A model generated the notes under the pieces. It worked only from the letters and a program-made list of their open reading frames with translations. It was not told the origin of the DNA and made no database searches. Below are positions 29,421-39,608 of a stretch of 64,000 nucleotides of DNA, piece by piece. Source of the stretch: Methanotrichaceae archaeon. GTDB taxonomy: Archaea > Halobacteriota > Methanosarcinia > Methanotrichales > Methanotrichaceae. Position 1 is the first letter of the stretch, and the number at the start of each line of letters is the position of its first letter. Location of the stretch: the NCBI GenBank assembly GCA_963813075.1, contig CAWEXU010000030.1, forward strand, positions 160,001 through 224,000, given 5' to 3'. The position numbers and the translations under genes are program-made.

Positions 29421-30869
29421 CTAGGCCAGCATCTGGGCCCTCTCCCGCGCTTCCTGGGCTTCTGTCGCCCGACCGGCCAGTTCCAGGGCATTGGCTTTGT
29501 TCGTCCAGGCCTCCAGGGAGCTGGGATTGATCTCGATGGCCCGGTCAAAGCTTTCCAGGGCCCCGGCAATGTCCTCGGATCCAAGCACCTGAGCTATCCC
29601 CCGGTTGTTCCAGGGCTCCATGTAGCTGGAGTTCAGCCCGATGGCTCTGTCGTAAGCCTCAATGGCGCTGCTATACAATTCCTGTCTGGCAAAAGCCAAT
29701 CCCAGGTTGTTCCAGCAGACGGCGCATTCAGGATGAAGCTGCACAGTCATGTTCAGAACGGCAGCCTCCTGGCGGTAATCTCCCAGCTTGTTTAAGGCCA
29801 GGGCCTTGTTGTACTGAAATCCGATCTCATCGGGATCGATTTCAATAGCCTTATCAAACCTCTCTAAGGATTCGTTGTACCTTTTCATCTGCACATAGCT
29901 GATCGCCAGGCCGTTCCAGGCCTCAGCGTTCTTTGGCTCCAGCTCAACTGTTCGGTTATAGGCAGCGATGGATTCGTTATATCTGCCGGAAAGGCGTAAA
30001 GTCAGTGCCCTGCCATACCAGGCTTCGGCATCGAAGGGTTCGATCTTGGAGGCCCTATCGAAAGCCTCACTGGATTCTGCCGCCCTCCCCAGGATGAGGA
30101 GGACTTCACCCTTCTTGACCCAGGCATCGGCATTTATCGGATTCAACTGGGTGAGATTATCATAAGCGGCAAAGGCATCGCTGTAGTCTCCCCGGCTATA
30201 CAGAGCCATCCCCAGGTTCAGCCAGGCTTCCTCACTGCTGCTGGCCAGATACACCGCTTTTCGGAAGGAGTCTATGGACTCGTTCCCCCGGTCCAGCTCC
30301 GCCAGGACCAGGCCCCGGTTGAGCCAGACGCCAGATAGATTTCCATCCAGGGAAGCGGCTCTGTCCAGGGCCTGCAGGGATTCATTGAAAGATCCCATAT
30401 TGGCGAGGCTGATACCTTTGCTGAACCAGGATAGGGCAACCTCCGGTTGGATATCGATTGATTCGTCAAAAGCGACAGTTGACTCATTGTACCGGCCCAG
30501 ATTGGCCAGGGCCAGCCCCTTGCTGTACCAGGTAAAGGCCTGCTGGGGATTGAGGCGAATGGATTCGCTATAAGCAAAGAGCGCATCAGAGTGCCTTCCC
30601 AGGCCGGTCAAGGCCTGTCCCTTCTTTATCCAGGCGGAGGCATTGCTGCCATCCAGCTCAAGGGATTTGTTATAGCAGTCCAGGGCGATATCAAAGGAGG
30701 AGTTCATCAGGAACTCATCCCCCTTTTGCAGCCAGTACTCGGCGGTATACTCGTCGCTGCATGAGCCCATATAGCACATGGATTGGGTCAGGGCTATCAG
30801 AATGAAGATGAAAGAGGCTTTGATTGTATAATCCCCCGGCAAATCGGTCCTTTGAGGATATGGATTCAT
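29421..30869 (-). CDS. Tetratricopeptide-repeat protein with N-terminal hydrophobic segment
   Basis: About 12 34-aa repeats of the form AW..KG..L..LG...E....FD.AI...P. Confidence 0.9.
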   Translation of the reverse strand: MNPYPQRTDLPGDYTIKASFIFILIALTQSMCYMGSCSDEYTAEYWLQKGDEFLMNSSFDIALDCYNKSLELDGSNASAWIKKGQALTGLGRHSDALFAYSESIRLNPQQAFTWYSKGLALANLGRYNESTVAFDESIDIQPEVALSWFSKGISLANMGSFNESLQALDRAASLDGNLSGVWLNRGLVLAELDRGNESIDSFRKAVYLASSSEEAWLNLGMALYSRGDYSDAFAAYDNLTQLNPINADAWVKKGEVLLILGRAAESSEAFDRASKIEPFDAEAWYGRALTLRLSGRYNESIAAYNRTVELEPKNAEAWNGLAISYVQMKRYNESLERFDKAIEIDPDEIGFQYNKALALNKLGDYRQEAAVLNMTVQLHPECAVCWNNLGLAFARQELYSSAIEAYDRAIGLNSSYMEPWNNRGIAQVLGSEDIAGALESFDRAIEINPSSLEAWTNKANALELAGRATEAQEARERAQMLA

Positions 30870-30893
30870 CCTATATGAGATGTGCAGTTCTGT

Positions 30894-31316
30894 CTAAAGC
30901 TCTCTTCCCAGGGAGGTGGTGGTCAATTTTACATGCTTTACTCCCTTAAGGGCCATCATCCTCTCTGCCGCTCTCCTCACATCAGGACCCTGCCCTCGGA
31001 GAACCACAACCTCCAGGCATATGTCCTGGTCCAGGTGAACATGCAAGCTGGACTGAATTGTGCTGCCGAAATCGTGCTGAATCTCAGTGAGGTTATCCTC
31101 CAGACCTCTTTGAGAGTGGTCGTAAACGATGGTGATCACACCCACCCTCTCCCCTTCCACGTCGCTCATCCATTCGAAATTGACTATATAATTTCTGATG
31201 GCATCCCTGACGCCCTCGGAACGGGAGGAGTAGCCCCTATTCATTATTATCTCATCGAACTTGTTGAGAAGACTCTCTGGCAATGAGATGCCTATCCTCA
31301 TCAGATCCTGTTCCAT
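30894..31316 (-). CDS. nikR: Nickel-responsive regulator NikR
   Basis: RIGISLP RHH strand, [28 protein letters not shown]...CLEV. Confidence 0.95.
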   Translation of the reverse strand: MEQDLMRIGISLPESLLNKFDEIIMNRGYSSRSEGVRDAIRNYIVNFEWMSDVEGERVGVITIVYDHSQRGLEDNLTEIQHDFGSTIQSSLHVHLDQDICLEVVVLRGQGPDVRRAAERMMALKGVKHVKLTTTSLGREL

Positions 31317-31452
31317 CTTTATCGCAATTGCAAATATGGTATTACATAGTAATAAGCTTATTGGAATAGGCCTTCAAAAGGGAGAATTTAATGACAAGAC
31401 CGGTCTCTGAATATAAGATAATTGCATATTTTTCAGAAGACTCGCAAATTTC

Positions 31453-31480
31453 ATATAATAATTGCCATTATTAGTAGCAA
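31453..31480. promoter_or_regulatory. Candidate NikR operator (weaker match)
   Basis: ATATAAT-N14-GTAGCAA just upstream of the ABC operon. Confidence 0.45.
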
Positions 31481-31496
31481 AAAAGGTGGAAAATTT

Positions 31497-33080
31497 ATGA
31501 GACAATCTATGCGCAAGTTGGTATCTGCTCTCATCTTCTCCCTTCTCGTGCTGGGCTCAGCCTGCCTGACGGCAGAGGAGGCGAGCGGAGCGGTTCTGAA
31601 GATTGGCACTCCCAATGTGGTGAAGTCTGCCAGCATCCACGGAGACAGCAACATGGGCGTCTTTTCCCATCTCTCCAATCCGACATTGATGAAGATGGCA
31701 GCCGATGGAAGCATCCAGGGCCTTGCGGCTGAGAGGTGCGAGGTCTCAGAGGACGGCAAGACCTGGAGCTTTATCATCAGAGACGACCTGTACTGGAGCG
31801 ATGGAAATAGGCTCACCCCTGAAGACGTGCAGTTCACATTCAACTACCTCCAAGAGAGATATCCAGCAGCAGGCTGGATGAAGGATATCGTGGAGGATAT
31901 ATCTCTTGAAGGTGAGGACCTGGTTGTCTTCAGGCTGACAAAGCCCTACTCTCGATTGAGCCTGGAGTTCGCCACCTATCCCCTCCTGGCCAAGCACATC
32001 TGGCAGGATGTAGAAGACCCAATGGAATACATCAATGAAGGGGAGATTGTGGGCTTCGGGCCATTCTTTATCACCAAAACCGATCTTGGTGCAGGAATAA
32101 TCTACTTCCAGAGGAATCCTTATTGGAATGGCACGGCACCCAATTTCGATTCCATAGAGATTCACACCTATTCCAACATGGATGTCCTATCCCTGGCCCT
32201 GGAGAAGGGAGAGGTCGATGCTTACTACAAATACGCAGGGACATATCCGTATACCAGCTTGAAAAAGCTCAAAGACACGGGCGACTTCGATTTCGTGGAG
32301 AAGGACAACATCGGCCTGATATTCTTGGGAATGAACCTCAAGCGAGAGCCTATGTCCGATATCAGCTTCAGGCAGGCCCTATCTTATGCTTTGAACTACG
32401 GCGAGATGCTGAGGCTCGATGCCCTGGGTTACGGACAGGTTCCCAATGCGGGATTCGTGCCTCCCAGCATGGATAACTTCAAGGAGACCAATAAGCTGGA
32501 GTATGACCCGTCCCAGGCCAGGGCCATTTTAGAGGATGCAGGCTACAAGGACACCAATGGAAACGGCATCTTGGATGGCAAGGATGGCGAGGATATCAAA
32601 TTGACCATTCTCACCAGGACCGACTACCAGAGGATGACTGAGCTTGTAGTTGATTATCTCAGGGACCTGGGAATCGAAAGCGAGATCAAGAACGTGGACT
32701 CCAGTACCTGGATCAAGCAGAAAGACGAAGGGGAGTACGATCTGACTGTAACCAGGAGCACTCCCTGGGGAATGCTCATGCATGCCAGCTGGGGAACTGG
32801 CTACTTCGACTCCCGCAGGACGGGAGAAGGGGTATTGCATGTGCTGGACGACCAGAAGTTCCAGGGGCTGTGCGATGATATTCTGGCAGCAGCTGACCAA
32901 GATCAGCTTGAGTCCCTTGCCCAAGAGCTGCAGGACTACTATGCACAGAACCTTCCCGGCATTCCCCTTTACTGGAACCTGGTGGTTACCCCTTACAACA
33001 AGGAGTTCACCGGCTGGATTTCCGATCCACTCTATGGAATATTCAATGTGGACAACTTCCTATCTGTGAAGAGGGCCTGA
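31497..33080 (+). CDS. NikA/OppA-family (SBP family 5) substrate-binding protein, probably for nickel
   Basis: SEDGKTWSFIIRDDLYWSDG..LTPEDVQFTF, GFGPF, RNPYWNG, FRQALSYALN; divergent from nikR. Confidence 0.88.
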   Translation: MRQSMRKLVSALIFSLLVLGSACLTAEEASGAVLKIGTPNVVKSASIHGDSNMGVFSHLSNPTLMKMAADGSIQGLAAERCEVSEDGKTWSFIIRDDLYWSDGNRLTPEDVQFTFNYLQERYPAAGWMKDIVEDISLEGEDLVVFRLTKPYSRLSLEFATYPLLAKHIWQDVEDPMEYINEGEIVGFGPFFITKTDLGAGIIYFQRNPYWNGTAPNFDSIEIHTYSNMDVLSLALEKGEVDAYYKYAGTYPYTSLKKLKDTGDFDFVEKDNIGLIFLGMNLKREPMSDISFRQALSYALNYGEMLRLDALGYGQVPNAGFVPPSMDNFKETNKLEYDPSQARAILEDAGYKDTNGNGILDGKDGEDIKLTILTRTDYQRMTELVVDYLRDLGIESEIKNVDSSTWIKQKDEGEYDLTVTRSTPWGMLMHASWGTGYFDSRRTGEGVLHVLDDQKFQGLCDDILAAADQDQLESLAQELQDYYAQNLPGIPLYWNLVVTPYNKEFTGWISDPLYGIFNVDNFLSVKRA

Positions 33081-33944
33081 TGAGCTCTGTGGACGGACCA
33101 GTGGAGGAGCTTTATCAGAGAGACCAGCTACCTGCATGATCTCCGGGCGGAGAAGATCTCCAATGATCAATTCTGGAGGGGATACGGGATCTATGACCAG
33201 GCTCTCAAGCACTCCGGCTATCCGGGGGAGGTCCTGAAAAGGATCTCCTCCTTCATCAGATCTGGCTCCACCCTCCTGGACATCGGAGCGGGCACTGGAG
33301 CCTTTGCCATTCCCCTCTCTCATCTGACCGGTGCAACTGTGGCCCTAGATCCATCGGCATACCAGCTGCAGGTTCTGATCGGCAAGGCCAGAGAGGAGGG
33401 CCTGACAAACATCGCCGTGATCGAGAAGGAATGGAGGGAGGCAAAGCCGGGAGAGATCAGCAAGCTGATCGAAAGGAAGTTCAACTGCAGGAGCGGCGGT
33501 TCCTATCGTCCTGAAATTGATCCGATAGAGAAGAGCATCCGGCCTGAAGTGGACTACGCTCTTGCCGCCTACAGCCTCTTCGACGAGGAGATAGAGGGTT
33601 TTCTGGCCAGGATGATTCATGTCGCCCGAGAGGGCATCTTCATCGTCTTTCGAGCCAGCCACCCGGACTCATTGAGCGAATTCGCCTACGGTCCCAGGCC
33701 CCAGGCAGACTACCTCTGCCTCTACAATATCCTCAAAGATATGGGCCATCAGGTCGATGTGATACTGTTCCCCAGAGACTATCAACTTCCCCTGCAGATG
33801 GTGAATAGACAGTATCGTTTCAGCATTAGGAGTTCGGAGGAGATCGCCGATCACCTGCGTGCGCAAGGGCGGCTGGAGGAGAGGGATGACGGATTGTGGG
33901 CCTCCTTCTCGACCAAAGATGCATTGCTTTATCTGATGAGATAG
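33080..33944 (+). CDS. Class I SAM-dependent methyltransferase-like protein, +1 frameshift near 33086
   Basis: Frame open from 33084: LWTDQWRSF...LLDIGAGTGAFAIPL...VALDPS; the ATG at 33080 overlapping the SBP stop is one base out of frame. Confidence 0.75.
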
Positions 33945-33959
33945 AAGGTTTCAGCAAAA

Positions 33960-34904
33960 ATGTCTCTGGCAGGAAAAAAAGCGATCCGGTACATTCTAGC
34001 CCTCTTTTTAATCGCCTCTTTGAACTTCGCCATTCCCAGGTTGCTGCCCGGCGATCCTCTCACCAACCTCCTGGGGGAGGACGTGATATTGACCGACAGC
34101 AGCGCCCAGGAGCTGCGGCTTAAGATGGGCCTGGATCAGCCCATATCTCATCAATATCTGGAATACTGGGGAAGCCTCCTGAGGCTGGAACTGGGCTACT
34201 CCTTTCATCTGCACAGATCGGTATCTGAGCTCATATTCGATCGCATGAAGTGGACGCTGCTATTGGCGGTACCACCCCTGATCATAGGAGCCGTTTTGGG
34301 GACGATTCTGGGTGCTCTTGCCGGCTGGAGAAAGAGCAGCCGCAGCCAGAGGGCCCAGACGACCCTCTTTCTGGCCATCTACTGCACTCCACCCTATCTC
34401 CTCTCCCTTGTCGTCCTCTACATCTTTGCCTTTCAGCTGGGGCTCTTCCCCTTGAAAGGATTCTATTCCACCGGGTCGATCCAGGATATTGCCCATCATC
34501 TCTTTCTGCCCGCCCTGATGATGACCCTGTTCGCTCTATCCAGGAACTATATGATCATGAGAGGAAGTGTCCTGCAGGAGAAAAGCTGCCATTACGCCTC
34601 TTTCGCCCGGGCCAAAGGGCTCTATGATAAAGAGATCCTGTTTCGTCATGTCTTCAGAAATGCCATCCTCCCCATCATCACCCTCCTCGCTTTGGACTTC
34701 GGCTTCATCCTGAGCGGGGCGCTATTCATCGAGATCGTGTTCTCCATGAACGGAATGGGAAGCCTCATCTATGATGCTCTGCTCTCCCGGGACTATCCGG
34801 TCCTGCAGGGATCGTTTCTGATCATCACCATCATGGTGGTTTCTGCCAATCTGCTGGCCGATCTACTCTACAGCCGTCTGGACCCCAGGGTGAGGTGGCA
34901 GTAA
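33960..34904 (+). CDS. NikB/OppB-like ABC permease
   Basis: PRLLPGDP, MGLDQP, ARAKGL...HVFRNA, IEIVFSMNGMG, RDYPVLQG, LDPRV. Confidence 0.92.
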   Translation: MSLAGKKAIRYILALFLIASLNFAIPRLLPGDPLTNLLGEDVILTDSSAQELRLKMGLDQPISHQYLEYWGSLLRLELGYSFHLHRSVSELIFDRMKWTLLLAVPPLIIGAVLGTILGALAGWRKSSRSQRAQTTLFLAIYCTPPYLLSLVVLYIFAFQLGLFPLKGFYSTGSIQDIAHHLFLPALMMTLFALSRNYMIMRGSVLQEKSCHYASFARAKGLYDKEILFRHVFRNAILPIITLLALDFGFILSGALFIEIVFSMNGMGSLIYDALLSRDYPVLQGSFLIITIMVVSANLLADLLYSRLDPRVRWQ

Positions 34905-35830
34905 TGCCTGGCCTGAATGCTGATCCAGCCACCTGTGGCCCGATGGCGATCATCAGAGAAGAGGAATGCGAAAAGTGCTGCTCCCGGAAGGCTCCTCCTG
35001 AAAGGCCGTGGAGAGGGCTTGGGGCGGGCAGGGCCAGCAGCCTTGGCTTAGCCCTATTTTTAGCCTTCCTGCTCATGGCTGCCTTCTCTCCTCTATTGGC
35101 CCCCCATGACCCCTGGATGAGGTTTGAGCCTTACCTTGGACCGAGCTTGAATCATCTCCTGGGGACGAACGATATGGGGCATGACATATTTTCAGAGCTG
35201 ATCTATGGCTCTCGGGTCTCTCTTTTTGTGGGATTCGGAGCGGCTTTGATGGCGACGATCATCGGCACGGCGGTGGGGCTGCTCTCCGGCTACTTCAAAG
35301 GCACATTGGACGAGATTCTGATGGGAGTTGTCGACATATTTCTCATGATCCCTCAAATCCCTCTGATCATCGTCCTGGCCGCGTACCTCCGTCCCAGCTT
35401 CTGGCTGGTGGCTCTCCTCATGGGGGCTTTATGGTGGACCTCTACAGCGAGAGTTGTGCGCTCAAAGGCCCTGCAGATCAGGGAAATGGGCTATGTGCAG
35501 GCCAAGAGATCCCTGGGCTTCTCCCACTTGAATATCATCCTATCGGATTTGCTTCCCAACATCTCCCATGTGGTGATGCCCAAGTTCATGCTCTCCATAG
35601 CCTCGGCCATGATTGCCGAAGCCTCCATATCCTTCCTGGGCCTGGGAGATTCCTCCATGAAAAGTTGGGGTATGATGATCAACTTCGCCTTCAGCCGGGG
35701 AGGATTCATAAACGGCTACTGGTGGTGGTACCTGTTTCCCGGTCTGTGCATAACTCTATTTGTGCTATCTGTGGTCCTAGTGGGCTTTGTCCTGGAAGAG
35801 AATGATGAAGCGACTCTGAGGCTGGAATGA
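34895..35830 (+). CDS. NikC/OppC-like ABC permease
   Basis: HLLGTNDMGHDIFSELIYGSRVSL, EASISFLGLG, SWGMMI, WWYLFPG; start uncertain. Confidence 0.9.
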   Translation: MAVMPGLNADPATCGPMAIIREEECEKCCSRKAPPERPWRGLGAGRASSLGLALFLAFLLMAAFSPLLAPHDPWMRFEPYLGPSLNHLLGTNDMGHDIFSELIYGSRVSLFVGFGAALMATIIGTAVGLLSGYFKGTLDEILMGVVDIFLMIPQIPLIIVLAAYLRPSFWLVALLMGALWWTSTARVVRSKALQIREMGYVQAKRSLGFSHLNIILSDLLPNISHVVMPKFMLSIASAMIAEASISFLGLGDSSMKSWGMMINFAFSRGGFINGYWWWYLFPGLCITLFVLSVVLVGFVLEENDEATLRLE

Positions 35831-36807
35831 TCGTATCTCATCCCTCTCCGCATAACCGAGATCCGCTCCTTAAGGTCGATGGACTATCAGTCAGCTTCAA
35901 GACCGCCATGGGCCAGGTCCAAGCAGCGCAGGATGTATGCTTCGAGCTGCAAGAGGGAGAGACACTGGCTATGGTGGGGGAGACGGGCTGCGGCAAATCG
36001 GTGGTTGCAAGCGCCATAATGCAGCTTCTTCCCGGCAATGCCTCTGTAGAGGGCCGGGCCATCTTCCGGGGAAGGGACCTTCTCCTTTTCAGCGAGAGGG
36101 AGATGGCCCGCATCAGGGGCAGGGAGATCGCCATGGTGTTTCAAAATCCTTCTTTGGCTCTAAATCCCATCATCCCGGTGGCCGAGCAGATAGCAGAGCC
36201 GCTGGAAATCCATGAGAGCCACCCAAGAGATCGATCTGTTCGCATGGCTGTGAATATGCTCCGCAGACTGGGCCTGGGAGCAAGAGGGATTGGCAGGATG
36301 TATCCATTTCAGCTATCAGGGGGCATGAATCAGAGGGTGATGATCGCCACATCCATGATGCTCTCCCCAAAGATAATAATTGCAGACGAGCCCAGCAAAG
36401 GACTGGACGCTTCCCTGGCCACAGAGGTCATGGGCGAGCTGGCCAGGGTCAAAGATGAGATAGGAGCCTCTCTTTTGCTCATCACCCACGACCTCATGCT
36501 GGCAAGGGATATCTCTGACCGGATGGCGGTGATGTACTGCGGGGAAATTGTGGAGACTGGCCGCTGCCGGGAGATCTTCAAGAGACCCCTTCATCCTTAT
36601 ACGAAGGCTCTCTTTAACTGTCTTCCGGAGAAGGGCTTTCAGCCCATACCGGGAAGCTCGCCCTCCATGATCGAGCCGCCCAAAGGCTGCAGGTTCCATC
36701 CTCGCTGTTCGAGAGAAGAGGAGAGGTGCAGAGGACGGCCAAAGATGATTCAAATGAATGGGAGAGAGGATGAGCTGGCCAGGGAGGTGAGATGCTGGCA
36801 ATACTGA
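35827..36807 (+). CDS. NikD/OppD-like ABC ATPase
   Basis: GETGCGKS, LSGGMNQR, ADEP, ITHD, HPYTKAL, C-terminal GCRFHPRC. Confidence 0.93.
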   Translation: MIVSHPSPHNRDPLLKVDGLSVSFKTAMGQVQAAQDVCFELQEGETLAMVGETGCGKSVVASAIMQLLPGNASVEGRAIFRGRDLLLFSEREMARIRGREIAMVFQNPSLALNPIIPVAEQIAEPLEIHESHPRDRSVRMAVNMLRRLGLGARGIGRMYPFQLSGGMNQRVMIATSMMLSPKIIIADEPSKGLDASLATEVMGELARVKDEIGASLLLITHDLMLARDISDRMAVMYCGEIVETGRCREIFKRPLHPYTKALFNCLPEKGFQPIPGSSPSMIEPPKGCRFHPRCSREEERCRGRPKMIQMNGREDELAREVRCWQY

Positions 36808-37481
36808 AGGCTGTGAATGTCAGCAAGAGCTATGAATCCGGACTGATCTTTAAAAAGCAGCATCAAATCATCCAGAACATATCCCTGGAGATGGAGGAGG
36901 GCAGGACCCTGGGATTGATGGGAGCCTCCGGCAGCGGCAAGACCACTCTGGGTACCATCCTGGCCGGCCTGGAGAGGCCATCTTCCGGTTGCGTCCTCTT
37001 TCAGGAGGAGGATATCCGCAGTCTGCGGGGAAGGGAGTATCTCGCCTATAGGAGGGGAGTGCAGATGGTCTTTCAGGATCCAGAGGGATCACTTAACCCC
37101 AGGAAGAGCATCGGGCGCTCGATATTTGAGGTCTTTTCCCTGCTCAAGATCCCAAAAAGAGAATGGCTGAAAAAAGCCTGCGAGATCCTGGAGAGGGTGG
37201 ACTTGTCCAATGAGCTCCTCTGCCGCTATCCGGCCCAGATCTCAGGAGGGCAGTGCCAGAGGGTAGCCCTGGGCCGGGTGCTGCTCCTGGAGCCCAAAGT
37301 CATCATCCTGGACGAGCCAACATCAGCTCTTGACATATCGGTCCAAGCCCAGATTCTGAATCTCCTCCGGGACCTGCAGATGGATTTAGGGCTGACATAT
37401 CTTCTCATCTCCCATAGGCCTGAGGTGATCCGTTTCATGGCCCATGAGACTGTGATACTGGAGAGCGGTGCTATCCTATGA
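36792..37481 (+). CDS. NikE/OppF-like ABC ATPase
   Basis: GASGSGKT, QMVFQDP, ISGGQCQR, LDEPTSALDISVQAQIL. Confidence 0.92.
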   Translation: MLAILKAVNVSKSYESGLIFKKQHQIIQNISLEMEEGRTLGLMGASGSGKTTLGTILAGLERPSSGCVLFQEEDIRSLRGREYLAYRRGVQMVFQDPEGSLNPRKSIGRSIFEVFSLLKIPKREWLKKACEILERVDLSNELLCRYPAQISGGQCQRVALGRVLLLEPKVIILDEPTSALDISVQAQILNLLRDLQMDLGLTYLLISHRPEVIRFMAHETVILESGAIL

Positions 37482-37659
37482 ATAGGGATGGGTCAAAATC
37501 CCGGGCCGCTGGCAGAAAAAAAAGGAGAGCAGAGTTCGATACCCATTGAGCGTTTAAAAGGCATGCATAAGATCATGGACGTAGATCAATACTCGATATG
37601 ATGCATGCCAGACTCGCAAAGATGGAGTGTTGGTATCGACTCGGCATTAATACTAAGGT

Positions 37660-37687
37660 ATAATACTATAAATGGTTTTCGTAATAC
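37660..37687. promoter_or_regulatory. Candidate NikR operator
   Basis: ATAATAC-TATAAATGGTTTTC-GTAATAC, a 28-bp dyad. Confidence 0.65.
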
Positions 37688-37856
37688 AAAATTTTAAAAT
37701 ATTAAGTTAATGCTTCCAGGAGATAGACCCGGGGAATCTGCAAATGAAGATGAACTCCCAGATATCGACCAGACACAATTCGCCATGAAGTTCAGCATAA
37801 AGCCGGGCGAGCCGCAGCCGGATGTCGTGAAGCAATACTAACATAATTAACACATA

Positions 37857-37884
37857 TTATTACTAATCAAAAAGTATTTAACAA
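37857..37884. promoter_or_regulatory. Candidate NikR operator overlapping a TATA-like sequence
   Basis: TTATTAC-N14-TTAACAA, 30 nt before the ATG at 37914. Confidence 0.45.
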
Positions 37885-37913
37885 CAGAAGACTGATAAGG
37901 AGTGGTGAATTCC

Positions 37914-38717
37914 ATGAAGAAGGCTTTGTTTGTGTTACTGCTCCTGATTGGGGCGGCAACCATGAATGCAAGTGGCCACAATGTGTGGCTGGAATCGCGG
38001 GATCAGGCAAATGTGGGAGATAACCAGACTCTGTATGCTCTCTATGGCCATCTCGATGATGTAATTGGCATAACCGCTCCAGCTATTGAATCAGCCTTTT
38101 TGCTGGCCCCGAATGGTCAGAAGACAGACCTGACAGACCTGGAGACAAATACTGGCGACTGGCTTCCAGGATACGGCTGGATAGGTTATGCCTGTAGCAA
38201 CGTGACCTATTCCCTGCCTGGCGACTACCTCTTCGCTGTCGCTCGAACCCCCTCCGTCTATGATCCCGCCTGGCATGGCAGCGGGCCCAGCACCCCCAGG
38301 CTGGGCTATAGCGTGGCCAAAATGGTGATCAATGTGGGAAACGAGAGCAATAAAACCAGCTGGGATACAGGAACCGCATTTGACATCAATCCCGATAAAG
38401 CGCCCTATGCGATACATGCAAAAGAGAATGTGACCTTCCTGGCCAAATACAACGGCCAGCCTGTGAATGCCACCTACTCTGCCTTCCCCAATAGCGCCAT
38501 GACCCTCACTCAAACCGGGTCCACCGGAAGTGACGGCTCATTCAGGGTCAACTTCAGCCAGGGTGGATTGTGGCAGGTCAGCGCCAGCTATGATATCAAC
38601 GAGCCGGCAACCTGGACCGCAACAATGGAGAGCGCAGGCCACTACAAGGTCGGTGACGTGGTACCCTACAATACAACCAGATACAGCACATACATGATGG
38701 TATATGTGAGGAAGTGA
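37914..38717 (+). CDS. DUF4198-like secreted nickel-uptake accessory protein
   Basis: Signal peptide then HNVW...LYGH; AKMVINVG; YNGQPV; TGSDG. Confidence 0.75.
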   Translation: MKKALFVLLLLIGAATMNASGHNVWLESRDQANVGDNQTLYALYGHLDDVIGITAPAIESAFLLAPNGQKTDLTDLETNTGDWLPGYGWIGYACSNVTYSLPGDYLFAVARTPSVYDPAWHGSGPSTPRLGYSVAKMVINVGNESNKTSWDTGTAFDINPDKAPYAIHAKENVTFLAKYNGQPVNATYSAFPNSAMTLTQTGSTGSDGSFRVNFSQGGLWQVSASYDINEPATWTATMESAGHYKVGDVVPYNTTRYSTYMMVYVRK

Positions 38718-38782
38718 GGCCCCCACCATTTTCCCCTTTTTTTTCTCAAGAATATGATTTAATTCTAATATGGAAAGGTTTT

Positions 38783-38810
38783 TTAATACTGAAGGACATC
38801 TCGGTATATG
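38783..38810. promoter_or_regulatory. Candidate NikR operator
   Basis: TTAATAC-N14-GTATATG, ending 5 nt before the ATG at 38816. Confidence 0.55.
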
Positions 38811-38815
38811 ATATT

Positions 38816-39600
38816 ATGAGGACGATTGCTTTGTTGATACTGTTGGGATTGATGATATCCTCTGCAACAGCTCATTCTCTCTATGCCGAGTTTCCCCAGG
38901 ACCTGGGGGCCGACTCCGAAACCGAATTCTGGATCGCTTATGGCCATGGAGGATCTGCCGATTCCCAGATAGAATCATTGCCCCTGGCCCGGCTGATCTC
39001 TCCAGATGGCAGCGAGAGCGAGCTATCTTTAGAGCCCTATCAGGACGGGCTGAAGGGATCTGTGGCCTTCGATGAGCCGGGCTGCTACATCATGGACCTG
39101 CAGATGGAGACGACCTTCTTCGATCCCTCCTGGTTTGGAGCAGCGGGCAAGAAGAGCCTGGTGGAGAAGTACGGCCGGGTGCTCATGCCCTTCCAGTCCG
39201 GCGAGGGTTATGACTGGTCCAGCGGAAAAGGCCTGGAGATTGTGCCCGAAACCGATCCCTATCAGCTCGAATCCGGTGAGGACTTCAAGGCCCGTGCCCT
39301 CTAGAACGGCAAGTCCGTGCCCGGCAGCTACAGCGCAGTCATCACCCGATCTCCTCAGGACGTCCTGGTGGTCCAGCATGCCCAGGAGAGTGAGATCTCC
39401 GGGGAAAGCGAGGACGGCGTCATCCGCTTTGCCACCGGAAGAGCAGGATTATGGGTGCTGACATTTGAGGCCACCATTGTGAGAGCGGAACCTGGACTGC
39501 AGTTGAGGATGATCCTTCCGGGAACTACAACAAAGGCGACCAGCTCGAGTACGATGAGGTCGCTCCCACCGCTTACCTCACCATCTGGGTAAAGGACTGA
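38816..39600 (+). pseudogene. Second DUF4198-like protein, interrupted by an in-frame TAG (39302-39304) and a 1-nt deletion near 39480
   Basis: HSLY...AYGHGG, LEIVPETDP; KARAL*NGKSVPGSYSA aligns with LAKYNGQPVNATYSA of the upstream paralogue; the shifted frame gives ESGTWTAVEDDPSGNYNKGDQLEY...LTIWVKD. May be sequencing error. Confidence 0.7.
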
Positions 39601-39608
39601 GGCGATAA

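Noticed and set aside
39302..39304. In-frame TAG as a pyrrolysine or readthrough codon
   Set aside because: It aligns with an aromatic residue (Tyr in the paralogue; TAG is one change from TAC or TGG). The same gene also has an indel, no pyl genes are in the window, and Methanothrix is not known to use Pyl.
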